From positions 37,820,001 to 37,884,000 of the forward strand of contig OZ024750.1 in assembly GCA_964016885.1 (NCBI GenBank): a stretch of 64,000 nt of DNA. Direction: 5' to 3'. Both the position numbers and the translations under genes were made by a program. The DNA comes from Eledone cirrhosa (Eukaryota). The notes beneath the pieces were generated by a model. It was given only the letters and a program-made list of their open reading frames with translations. It did no database searches and had not been told where the DNA came from. Positions within the stretch are counted from its first letter, which is position 1; the number at the start of each line of letters is the position of its first letter. Below, one piece after another: positions 46,501-61,279 of this stretch.

Positions 46501-48210
46501 TGTGATGTACCATGAAGCTATGACTAACCTGTACACTGTATGTGATGTACCATGAAGCTATGCTAAACTGTACACTGTATGTGATGTACTATGAAGCTAT
46601 GGCTAACCTGTACAATGTATGTGATGTACCATGAAGCTATGACTAACCTATACACTGTATGTGATGTACCATGAAGCTATGACTAACCTGTACAATGTAT
46701 GTGATGTACCATGAAGCTATGGCTAACCTGTACACTGTATGTGATGTACCATGAAGCTATGGCTAACCTGTACACTGTATGTGATGTACCATGAAGCTAT
46801 GACTAACCTGTACACTGTATGTGATGTACCATGAAGCTATGGCTAACCTGTACACTGTATGTGATGTACCATGAATCTATGGCTAACCTGTACACTCTAT
46901 GTGATGTACCATGAAGCTATGGCTAACCTGTTCACTGTATGTGATGTACCATGAAGCTATGGCTAATCTGTACACTGTATGTGATGTACCATGAAGCTAT
47001 GACTAACCTGTACACTGTATGTGATGTACCATGAAGCTATAGCTGACCTGTACACTGTATGTGATGTACCATGAAGCTATGACTAACCTGTACACTGTAT
47101 GTGATGTACCATGAAGCTATGGCTAACCTGTACACTGTATGTGATGTACCATGAACCTATGGCTAACCTGTACACTGTATGTGATGTACCATGAAGTTAT
47201 GACTAACATGTACACTGTATGTGATGTACCATGAAGCTATGACTAACCTATACACTGTATGTGATGTACCATGAAGCTATGACTAACCTGTACACTGAAT
47301 GTGATGTACCATGAAGCTATGACTACCATGTACACTGTATGTGATGTACCATGAAGCTATGCTAACCTGTACACTGTATGTGATGTACCATGAAGCTATG
47401 GCTAACCTGTACAATATATGTGATGTACCATGAAGCTATGACTAACCTATACACTGTATGTGATGTACCATGAAGCTATGACTAACCTGTACACTGTATG
47501 TGATGTACCATGAAGCTATGGCTAACCTGTACACTGTATGTGATGTACCATGAAGCTATGACTAACCTGTACACTGTATGTGATGTACCATGAAGCTATG
47601 GCTAACCGGTACACTATATGTGATATACCATGAAGCTATGACTAATCTGTACACTGTATGTGATGTACCATGAAGCTATAGCTAACCCGTACACTGTATG
47701 TGATGTACCATGAAGCTATGACTAACCTGTACACTGTATGTGATGTACCATGAAGCTATGACTAACCTGTACACTGTATGTGATGTAACATGAAGCTATA
47801 GCTAACCTGTACACTGTATGTGATGTACCATGAAGCTATGACTAACCTGTACACTGTATGTGATGTACCATGAAGCTATAGCTAACCTATACACTGTATG
47901 TGATGTACCATGAAACTATGACTAACCTGTACACTGTATGTGATGTACCATGAAGCTATGGCTAACCTGTACACTGTATGTGATGTAACATGAAGCTATA
48001 GCTAACCTGTACACTGTATGTGATGTACCATGAAGCTATGACTAACCTGTACACTATATGTGATGTACCATGAAGCTATGACTAACCTGTACACTGTATC
48101 TGATGTACCATGAAGCTATAGCTAACCTGTACACTGTATGTGATGTACCATGAAGCTATGGCTAACCTGTACACTGTATGTGATGTACCACGAAGCTATG
48201 GCTAACCTGT
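43570..48210 (+). repeat. Near-identical tandem duplication of a 2318-bp block (58 monomers, two of them 39-mers); boundaries approximate
   Basis: Paired private variants lie exactly 2318 bp apart: 43820/46138 (CACTATATG), 44244/46562 (TATGCTAAAC), 45043/47361 (39-mer) and 45782/48100 (TATCTGATG). TGTTCAC (about 44611/46930) and GCTGACC (about 44723/47042) follow the same offset. Confidence 0.9.
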
Positions 48211-51200
48211 ACACTGTATATGGTGTACCATGAAGCTATGACTAACCTTTACACTGTATGTGATGTACCATGAAGCTATGGCTAACATGTACACTGTATG
48301 TGAAGTACCATGAAGCTATGACTAACCTGTACACTGTATGTGATGTACCATGAAGCTATGGCTAACCTGTACACTGTATGTGATGTACCATGAAGCTATG
48401 ACTAACCTGTACACTGTATGTCATGTACCATGAAGCTATGGCTAACCTGTACACTGTATGTGATGTACCATGAAGCTATGACTAACCTGTACACTGTATA
48501 TGATGTACCATGAAGCTATGACTAACATGTACACTGTATGCGATGTACCATGAAGCTATGACTAACCTGTACACTGTATGTGATATACCATGAAGCTATG
48601 ACTAACCTGTACACTGTATGTGATGTACCATGAAGCTATGACTAAACTATACACTGTATGTGATGTACCATGTAGCTATGACTAACCTTTACACTGTATG
48701 TGATGTACCATGAAGCTATGGCTAACCTGTACACTGTATGTGATGTACCATGAAGCTATAGCTAACCTATACACTGTATGTGATGTACCATGAAGCTATG
48801 ACTAACCTGTACACTGTATGTGATGTACCATGAAGCTATGACTAACCTGTACACTGTTTGTGATGTACCATGAAGCTATGACTAACCTGTACACTGTATG
48901 TGATGTACCATGAAGCTATGGCTAACCTGTACACTGTATGTGATGTACCATGAAGCTATGGCTAACCTGTACACTGTATGTGATGTACCATGAAGCTATG
49001 GCTAACCTGTACACTGTATGTGATGTACCATGAAGCTATGACTAACCTTTACACTGTATGTGATGTACCATGAAGCTATGACTAACCTGTACACTGTATA
49101 TGATGTACCATGAAGCTATGACTAACATGTACACTGTATGTGATGTACCATGAAGCTATGACTAACCTGTACACTGTATGTGATGTACCATGAAGCTATG
49201 CTAACCTGTACACTGTATGTGATGTACCATGAAGCTATGGCTAACCTGTACAATGTATGTGATGTACCATGAAGCTATGACTAACCTATACACTGTATGT
49301 GATGTACCATGAAGCTATGACTAACCTGTACACTGTATGTGATGTACCATGAAGCTATGGCTAAACTGTACACTGTATGTGATGTACCATGAAGCTATGA
49401 CTAACCTGTACACTGTATGTGATGTACCATGAAGCTATGGCTAACCTGTACACTGTATGTGATGTACCATGAAGCTATGGCTAACCTGTACACTGTATGT
49501 GATGTACCATGAAGCTATGACTAACCTGTACACTGTATGTGATGTACCATGAAGCTATGGCTAACCTGTACACTGTATGTGATGTACCATGAAGCTATGG
49601 CTAACCTGTACACTGTATGTGATGTACCATGAAGCTATGGCTAACCTGTACACTGTATGTGATGTACCATGAAGCTATGACTAACGTTTACACTGTATGT
49701 GATGTACCATGAAGCTATGACTAACCTGTACACTGTATATGATGTACCATGAAGCTATGACTAACATGTACACTGTATGTGATGTACCATGAAGCTATGA
49801 CTAACCTGTACACTGTATGTGATGTACCATGAAGCTATGCTAACCTGTACACTGTATGTGATGTACCATGAAGCTATGGCTAACCTGTACAATGTATGTG
49901 ATGTACCATGAAGCTATGGCTAACCTGTACACTGTATATGATGTACCATGAAGCTATGACTAACCTTTACACTGTATGTGATGTACCATGAAGCTATGGC
50001 TAACATGTACACTGTATGTGATGTACCATGAAGCTATGACTAACCTGTACACTGTATGTGATGTACCATGAAGCTATGGCTAACCAGTACACTGTATGTG
50101 ATGTACCATGAAGCTATGACTAACCTGTACACTGTATGTGATGTTCCATGAAGCTATGACTAACCTGTACACTGTATGTGATGTACCATGAAGCTATGGC
50201 TAACCTGTACACTGTATGTGATGTAGCATGAAGCTATGACTAACCTGTACTCTGTATATGATGTACCATGAAGCTATGACTAACATGTACACTGTATGCG
50301 AAGTACCATGAAGCTATGACTAACCTGTACACTGTATGTGATGTACCATGAAGCTATGACTAACCTGTACACTGTATGTGATGTACCATGAAGCTATGAC
50401 TAACCTGTACACTGTATGTGATGTACCATGAAGCTATGACTAACCTATACACTGTATGTGTTGTACCATGTAGCTATGACTAATCTATACACTGTATGTG
50501 ATGTACCATGAAGCTATGGCTAACCTGTACACTGTATGTGATGTACCATGAATCTATGGCTAACCTGTACACTGTATGTGATGTACCGTGAAGCTATGAC
50601 TAACCTATACACTCTATGTGATGTACCATGAAGCTATGTCTAACCTGTACACCGTATGTGATGTACCATGAAGCTATGACTAACCTATACACTGTATGTG
50701 ATGTACCATGAAGCTATGACTAACCTGTACACTGTATGTGATGTACCATGAAGCTATGACTAACCTATACACTGTATGTGATGTACCATGCAGCTATGAC
50801 TAACCTGTAGACTGTATGTGATGTACCATGAAGCTATGGCTAACCTGTACACTGTATGTGATGTACCATGAAGCTATGGCTAACCTGTACACTGTATGTG
50901 ATGTACCATGAAGTTATAGCTAACCTGTACACTGTATGTGATGTACTATGAAGCTATGACTAATCTGTACACTGTATGTGATGTACCATGAAGCTATGAC
51001 TAATATGTACACTGTATGTGATGTAACATGAAGCTATAGCTAACCTGTACACTGTATGTGATGTACCATGAAGCTATGACTAACCTATACACTGTATGTG
51101 ATGTACCATGAAGCTATAGCTAACCTATACACTGTATGTGATGTACCATGAAGTTATAGCTAACCTGTACACTGTATGTGATGTACCATGAAGCTATGAG

Positions 51201-54139
51201 TAATCTGTACACTGTATGTGATGTACCATGAAGCTATAGCTAACCGGTACACTGTATGTGATATACCATGAAGCTATGACTAACCTGTACACTGTATGTG
51301 ATGTACCATGAAGCTATGACTAACCTGTACACTATATGTGATGTAACATGAAGCTATAGCTAACCTGTACACTGTATGTGATGTACCATGAAGCTATGAC
51401 TAACCTGTACACTGTATGTGATGTACCATGAAGCTATAGCTAACCTATACACTGTATGTGATGTACCATGAAACTATGACTAACCTGTACACTGTATGTG
51501 ATGTACCATGAAGATATGGCTAACCTGTACACTGTATGTGATGTAACATGAAGCTATAGCTAACCTGTACACTGTATGTGATGTACCATGAAGCTATGAC
51601 TAACCTGTACACTGTATGTGATGTACCATGAAGCTATGACTAACCTGTACACTGTATGTGATGTACCATGAAGCTATGGCTAACCTGTACACTGTATGTG
51701 ATGTACCATGAAGCTATGGCTAACCTGTACACTGTATATGATGTACCATGAAGCTATGGCTAACCTTTACACTGTATGTGATGTACCATGAAGCTATGGC
51801 TAACATGTACACTGTATGTGATGTACCATGAAGCTATGACTAACCTGTACACTGTATGTGATGTACCATGAAGCTATGGCTAACCTGTACACTGTATGTG
51901 ATGTACCATGAAGCTATGACTAACCTGTACACTGTATGTGATGTTCCATGAAGCTATGACTAACCTGTATACTGTATGTGATGTACCATGAAGCTATGGC
52001 TAACCTGTGCACTGTATGTGATGTACCATGAAGCTATGACTAACCTGTACACTGTATATGATGTACCATGAAGCTATGACTAACATGTACACTGTATGCG
52101 ATGTACCATGAAGCTATGACTAACCTGTACACTGTATGTGATGTACCATGAAGCTATGACTAACCCGTACACTGTATGTGATGTACCATGAAGTTATGAC
52201 TAACCTGTACACTGTATGTGATGTACCATGAAGCTATGACTAACCTGTACACTGTATGTGATGTACCATGAAGCTATAGCTAACCTGTACACTGTATGTG
52301 ATGTACCATGAAGCTATGGCTAACCTGTACACTGTATGTGATGTACCATGAAGCCATGACTAACCTGTACACTGTATATGATGTACCATGAAGCTATGAC
52401 TAACCTTTACACTGTATGTGATGTACCATGAAGCTATGGCTAACATGTACACTGTATGTGATGTACCATGAAGCTATGACTAACCTGTACACTGTATGTG
52501 ATGTACCATGAAGCTATGGCTAACCTGTACACTGTATGTGATGTACCATGAAGCTATCACTAACCTGTACACTCTATGTGATGTTCCATGAAGCTATGAC
52601 TAACCTGTACACTGTATGTGATGTACCATGAAGCTATGGCTAACCTGTACACACTATGTGATGTAGCATGAAGCTATGACTAACCTGTACTCTGTATATG
52701 ATGTACCATGAAGCTATGACTAACATGTACACTGTATGCGAAGTACCATGAAGCTATGACTAACCTGTACACTGTATGTGATGTACCATGAAGCTATGAC
52801 TAACCTGTACACTGTATGTGATGTACCATGAAGCTATGACTAACCTGTACACTGTATGTGATGTACCATGAAGCTATGACTAACCTATACACTGTATGTG
52901 TTGTACCATGTAGCTATGACTAATCTATACACTGTATGTGATGTACCATGAAGCTATGGCTAACCTGTACACTGTATGTGATGTACCATGAAGCTATGGC
53001 TAACCTGTACACTGTATGTGATGTACCATGAAGTTATGACTAACATGTACACTGTATGTGATGTACCATGAAGCTATGACTTACCTGTACACTGTATGTG
53101 ATGTACCATGAATCTATGGCTAACCTGTACACTGTATGTGATGTACCGTGAAGCTATGACTAACCTATACACTCTATGTGATGTACCATGAAGCTATGTC
53201 TAACCTGTACACCGTATGTGATGTACCATGAAGCTATGACTAACCTATACACTGTATGTGATGTACCATGAAGCTATGACTAACCTGTACACTGTATGTG
53301 ATGTACCATGAAGCTATGACTAACCTATACACTGTATGTGATGTACCATGCAGCTATGACTAACCTGTACACTGTATGTGATGTACCATGAAGCTATGGC
53401 TAACCTGTACACTGTATGTGATGTACCATGAAGCTATGGCTAACCTGTACACTGTATGGGATGTACCATGAAGTTATAGCTAACCTGTACACTGTATGTG
53501 ATGTACTATGAAGCTATGACTAATCTGTACACTGTATGTGATGTATCATGAAGCTATGACTAATCTGTACACTGTATGTGATGTAACATGAAGCTATAGC
53601 TAACCGGTACACTGTATGTGATGTACCATGAAGCTATGACTAACCTGTACACTGTATGTGATGTACCATGAAGCTATGACTAACCTGTACACTGTATGTG
53701 ATGTAACATGAAGCTATAGCTAACCTGTACACTGTATGTGATGTACCATGAAGCTATGACTAACCTGTACACTGTATGTGATGTACCATGAAGCTATAGC
53801 TAACCTATACACTGTATGTGATGTACCATGAAACTATGACTAACCTGTACACTGTATGTGATGTACAATGAAGATATGGCTAACCTGTACACTGTATGTG
53901 ATGTAACATGAAGCTATAGCTAACCTGTACACTGTATGTGATGTACCATGAAGCTATGACTAACCTGTACACTGTATGTGATGTACCATGAAGCTATGAC
54001 TAACCTGTACACTGTATGTGATGTACCATGAAGCTATCGCTAACCTGTACACTGTATGTGATGTACCATGAAGCTATGGCTAACCTGTACACTGTATATG
54101 ATGTACCATGAAGCTATGACTAACCTTTACACTGTATGT

Positions 54140-57100
54140 GATGTACCATGAAGCTATGACTAATCTGTACACTGTATGTGATGTAACATGAAGCTATAGC
54201 TAACCTGTACACTGTATGTGATGTACCATGAAGCTATGACTAACCTATACACTGTATGTGATGTACCATGAAGCTATAGCTAACCTATACACTGTATGTG
54301 ATGTACCATGAAGTTATAGCTAACCTGTACACTGTATGTGATGTACCATGAAGCTATGACTAATCTGTACACTGTATGTGATGTACCATGAAGCTATAGC
54401 TAACCGGTACACTGTATGTGATGTACCATGAAGCTATGACTAACCTGTACACTGTATGTGATGTACCATGAAGCTATGACTAACCTGTACACTGTATGTG
54501 ATGTAACATGAAGCTATAGCTAACCTGTACACTGGATGTGATGTACCATGAAGCTATGACTAACCTGTACACTGTATGTGATGTACCATGAAGCTATAGC
54601 TAACCTATACACTGTATGTGATGTACCATGAAACTATGACTAACCTGTACACTGTATGTGATGTACCATGAAGCTATGGCTAACCTGTACACTGTATGTG
54701 ATGTAACATGAAGCTATAGCTAACCTGTACACTGTATGTGATGTACCATGAAGCTATGACTAACCTGTACACTGTATGTGATGTACCATGAAGCTATGAC
54801 TAACCTGTACACTGTATGTGATGTACCATTAAGCTATGGCTAACCTGTACACTGTATGTGATGTACCATGAAGCTATGGCTAACCTGTACACTGTATATG
54901 ATGTACCATGAAGCTATGACTAACCTTTACACTGTATGTGATGTACCATGAAGCTATGGCTAACATGTACACTGTATGTGATGTACCATGAAGCTATGAC
55001 TAACCTGTACACTGTATGTGATGTACCATGAAGCTATGGCTAACCTGTACACTGTATGTGATGTACCATGAAGCTATGACTAACTTGTACACTGTATGTG
55101 ATGTTCCATGAAGCTATGACTAACCTGTATACTGTATGTGATGTACCATGAAGCTATGGCTAACCTGTACACTGTATGTGATGTACCATGAAGCTATGAC
55201 TAACCTGTACACTGTATATGATGTACCATGAAGCTATGACTAACATGTACACTGTATGCGATGTACCATGAAGCTATGACTAACCTGTACACTGTATGTG
55301 ATGTACCATGAAGCTATGACTAACCTGTACACTGTATGTGATGTACCATGAAGTTATGACTAACCTGTACACTGTATGTGATGTACCCTGAAGCTATGAC
55401 TAACCTGTACACTGTATGTGATGTACCATGAAGCTATAGCTAACCTGTACACTGTATGTGATGTACCATGAAGCTATGGCTAACCTATACACTGTATGTG
55501 ATGTACCATGAAGCTATGACTAACCTGTACACTGTATATGATGTACCATGAAGCTATGACTAACCTTTACACTGTATGTGATGTACCATGAAGCTATGGC
55601 TAACATGTACACTGTATGTGATGTACCATGAAGCTATGACTAACCTGTACACTGTATGTGATGTACCATGAAGCTATGGCTAACCTGTACACTGTATGTG
55701 ATGTACCATGAAGCTATGACTAACGTATACACTGTATGTGATGTACCATGAAGCTATGACTAATCTGTACACTGTATGTGATGTAACATGAAGCTATAGC
55801 TAACCTGTACACTGTATGTGATGTACCATGAAGCTATGACTAACCTATACACTGTATGTGATGTACCATGAAGCTATAGCTAACCTATACACTGTATGTG
55901 ATGTACCATGAAGTTATAGCTAACCTGTACACTGTATGTGATGTACCATGAAGCTATGACTAATCTGTACACTGTATGTGATGTACCATGAAGCTATAGC
56001 TAACCGGTACACTGTATGTGATGTACCATGAAGCTATGACTAACCTGTACACTGTATATGATGTACCATGAAGCTATGACTAACCTGTACACTGTATGTG
56101 ATGTAACATGAAGCTATAGCTAACCTGTACACTGGATGTGATGTACCATGAAGCTATGACTAACCTGTACACTGTATGTGATGTACCATGAAGCTATAGC
56201 TAACCTATACACTGTATGTGATGTACCATGAAACTATGACTAACCTGTACACTGTATGTGATGTACCATGAAGCTATGGCTAACCTGTACACTGTATGTG
56301 ATGTAACATGAAGCTATAGCTAACCTGTACACTGTATGTGATGTACCATGAAGCTATGACTAACCTGTACACTGTATGTGATGTACCATGAAGCTATGAC
56401 TAACCTGTACACTGTATGTGATGTACCATGAAGCTATGGCTAACCTGTACACTGTATGTGATGTACCATGAAGCTATGGCTAACCTGTACACTGTATATG
56501 ATGTACCATGAAGCTATGACTAACCTTTACACTGTATGTGATGTACCATGAAGCTATGGCTAACATGTACACTGTATGTGATGTACCATGAAGCTATGAC
56601 TAACCTGTACACTGTATGTGATGTACCATGAAGCTATGGCTAACCTGTACACTGTATGTGATGTACCATGAAGCTATGACTAACTTGTACACTGTATGTG
56701 ATGTTCCATGAAGCTATGACTAACCTGTATACTGTATGTGATGTACCATGAAGCTATGGCTAACCTGTACACTGTATGTGATGTACCATGAAGCTATGAC
56801 TAACCTGTACACTGTATATGATGTACCATGAAGCTATGACTAACATGTACACTGTATGCGATGTACCATGAAGCTATGACTAACCTGTACACTGTATGTG
56901 ATGTACCATGAAGCTATGACTAACCTATACACTGTATGTGTTGTACCATGTAGCTATGACTAACCTGTACACTGTATGTGATGTACCCTGAAGCTATGAC
57001 TAACCTGTGCACTGTATGTGATGTACCATGAAGCTATAGCTAACCTGTACACTGTATGTGATGTACCATGAAGCTATGGCTAACCTGTACACTGTATGTG

Positions 57101-58900
57101 ATGTACCATGAAGCTATGACTAACCTGTACACTGTATATGATGTACCATGAAGCTATGACTAACCTTTACACTGTATGTGATGTACCATGAAGCTATGGC
57201 TAACATGTACACTGTATGTGATGTACCATGAAGCTATGACTAACCTGTACACTGTATGTGATGTACCATGAAGCTATGGCTAACCTGTACACTGTATGTG
57301 ATGTACCATGAAGCTATGACTAACCTATACACTGTATGTGATGTTCCATGAAGCTATGACTAACCTGTACACTGTATGTGATGTACCATGAAGCTATGGC
57401 TAACCTGTACACTGTATGTGATGTAGCATGAAGCTATGACTAACCTGTACTCTGTATATGATGTACCATGAAGCTATGACTAACATGTACACTGTATGCG
57501 AAGTACCATGAAGCTATGACTAACCTGTACACTGTATGTGATGTACCATGAAGCTATGACTAACCTATACACTCTATGTGTTGTACCATGTAGCTATGAC
57601 TAACCTGTACACTGTATGTGATGTACCCTGAAGCTATGACTAACCTGTACACTGTATGTGATGTAACATGAAGCTATAGCTAACCTGTACACTGTATGTG
57701 ATGTACCATGAAGCTATGACTAACCTGTACACTGTATGTGATGTACCATGAAGCTATGACTAACCTGTACACTGTATGTGATGTACCATGAAGCTATGGC
57801 TAACCTGTACACTGTATGTGATGTACCATGAAGCTATGGCTAACCTGTACACTGTATATGATGTACCATGAAGCTATGACTAACCTTTACACTGTATGTG
57901 ATGTACCATGAAGCTATGGCTAACATGTACACTGTATGTGATGTACCATGAAGCTATGACTAACCTGTACACTGTATGTGATGTACCATGAAGCTATGGC
58001 TAACCTGTACACTGTATGTGATGTACCATGAAGCTATGACTAACTTGTACACTGTATGTGATGTTCCATGAAGCTATGACTAACCTGTATACTGTATGTG
58101 ATGTACCATGAAGCTATGGCTAACCTGTACACTGTATGTGATGTACCATGAAGCTATGACTAACCTGTACACTGTATATGATGTACCATGAAGCTATGAC
58201 TAACATGTACACTGTATGCGATGTACCATGAAGCTATGACTAACCTGTACACTGTATGTGATGTACCATGAAGCTATGACTAACCTATACACTGTATGTG
58301 TTGTACCATGTAGCTATGACTAACCTGTACACTGTATGTGATGTACCCTGAAGCTATGACTAACCTGTGCACTGTATGTGATGTACCATGAAGCTATAGC
58401 TAACCTGTACACTGTATGTGATGTACCATGAAGCTATGGCTAACCTGTACACTGTATGTGATGTACCATGAAGCTATGACTAACCTGTACACTGTATATG
58501 ATGTACCATGAAGCTATGACTAACCTTTACACTGTATGTGATGTACCATGAAGCTATGGCTAACATGTACACTGTATGTGATGTACCATGAAGCTATGAC
58601 TAACCTGTACACTGTATGTGATGTACCATGAAGCTATGGCTAACCTGTACACTGTATGTGATGTACCATGAAGCTATGACTAACCTATACACTGTATGTG
58701 ATGTTCCATGAAGCTATGACTAACCTGTACACTGTATGTGATGTACCATGAAGCTATGGCTAACCTGTACACTGTATGTGATGTAGCATGAAGCTATGAC
58801 TAACCTGTACTCTGTATATGATGTACCATGAAGCTATGACTAACATGTACACTGTATGCGAAGTACCATGAAGCTATGACTAACCTGTACACTGTATGTG
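54140..58900 (+). repeat. Overlapping higher-order duplications with offsets 1600 bp (40 monomers) and 1360 bp (34 monomers); boundaries approximate
   Basis: ACTGGATG occurs at 54531/56131 and TAACTTG at 55081/56681/58041. TTGTACCATGTAGC occurs at 56941/58301, CTGTGC at about 57009/58369 and GTAGCATG at about 57421/58781. Confidence 0.82.
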
Positions 58901-61279
58901 ATGTACCATGAAGCTATGACTAATCTATACACTGTATGTGATGTACCATGAAGCTATGGCTAACCTGTACACTGTATGTGATGTACCATGAAGCTATGGC
59001 TAACCTGTACACTGTATGTGATGTAACATGAAGCTATAGCTAACCTGTACACTGTATGTGATGTTCCATGAAGCTATGACTAACCTGTACACTGTATGTG
59101 ATGTACCATGAAGCTATGACTAACCTATACACTGTATGTGTTGTACCATGTAGCTATGACTAATCTATACACTGTATGTGATGTACCATGAAGCTATGGC
59201 TAACCTGTACACTGTATGTGATGTACCATGAAGTTATGACTAACATGTACACTGTATGTGATGTACCATGAAGCTATGACTAACCTGTACACTGTATGTG
59301 ATGTACCATGAATCTATGGCTAACCTGTACACTGTATGTGATGTACCGTGAAGCTATGACTAACCTATACACTCTATGTGATGTACCATGAAGCTATGTC
59401 TAACCTGTACACCGTATGTGATGTACCATGAAGCTATGACTAACCTATACACTGTATGTGATCTACCATGCAGCTATGACTAACCTGTACACTGTATGTG
59501 ATGTACTATGAAGCTATGGCTAACCTGTACACTGTATGTGATGTACCATGAAGCTATGGCTAACCTGTACACTGTATGTGATGTACCATGAAGTTATAGC
59601 TAACCTGTACACTGTATGTGAGGTACTATGAAGCTATGACTAATCTGTACACTGTATGTGATGTACCATGAAGCTATGACTAATCTGTACACTGTATGTG
59701 ACGTAACATGAGGCTATAGCTAACCTGTACACTGTATGTGATGTACCATGAAGCTATGACTAACCTATACACTGTATGTGATGTACCATGAAGCTATAGC
59801 TAACCTATACACTGTATGTGATGTACCATGAAGTTATAGCTAACCTGTACACTGTATGTGATGTACCATGAAGCTATGACTAATCTGTACACTGTATGTG
59901 ATGTACCATGAAGCTATAGCTAACCGGTACACTGTATGTGATGTACCATGAAGCTATGACTAACCTGTACACTGTATGTGATGTACCATGAAGCTATGAC
60001 TAACCTGTACACTGTATGTGATGTAACATGAAGCTATAGCTAACCTGTACACTGGATGTGATGTACCATGAAGCTATGACTAACCTGTACACTGTATGTG
60101 ATGTACCATGAAGCTATAGCTAACCTATACACTGTATGTGATGTACCATGAAACTATGACTAACCTGTACACTGTATGTGATGTACCATGAAGCTATGGC
60201 TAACCTGTAGACTGTATGTGATGTAACATGAAGCTATAGCTAACCTGTACACTGTATGTGATGTACCATGAAGCTATGACTAACCTGTACACTGTATGTG
60301 ATGTACCATGAAGCTATGACTAACCTGTACACTGTATGTGATGTACCATGAAGCTATGGCTAACCTGTACACTGTATGTGATGTACCATGAAGCTATGGC
60401 TAACCTGTACACTGTATATGATGTACCATGAAGCTATGACTAACCTTTACACTGTATGTGATGTACCATGAAGCTATGGCTAACATGTACACTGTATGTG
60501 ATGTACCATGAAGCTATGACTAACCTGTACACTGTATGTGATGTACCATGAAGCTATGGCTAACCTGTACACTGTATGTGATGTACCATGAAGCTATGAC
60601 TAACTTGTACACTGTATGTGATGTTCCATGAAGCTATGACTAACCTGTATACTGTATGTGATGTACCATGAAGCTATGGCTAACCTGTACACTGTATGTG
60701 ATGTACCATGAAGCTATGACTAACCTGTACACTGTATATGATGTACCATGAAGCTATGACTAACATGTACACTGTATGCGATGTACCATGAAGCTATGAC
60801 TAACCTGTACACTGTATGTGATGTACCATGAAGCTATGACTAACCTGTACACTGTATGTGATGTACCATGAAGTTATGACTAACCTGTACACTGTATGTG
60901 ATGTACCCTGAAGCTATGACTAACCTGTACACTGTATGTGATGTACCATGAAGCTATAGCTAACCTGTACACTGTATGTGATGTACCATGAAGCTATGGC
61001 TAACCTGTACACTGTATGTGATGTACCATGAAGCTATGACTAACCTGTACACTGTATATGATGTACCATGAAGCTATGACTAACCTTTACACTGTATGTG
61101 ATGTACCATGAAGCTATGGCTAACATGTACACTGTATGTGATGTACCATGAAGCTATGACTAACCTGTACACTGTATGTGATGTACCATGAAGCTATGGC
61201 TAACCTGTACACTGTATGTGATGTACCATGAAGCTATGACTAACCTATACACTGTATGTGATGTTCCATGAAGCTATGA

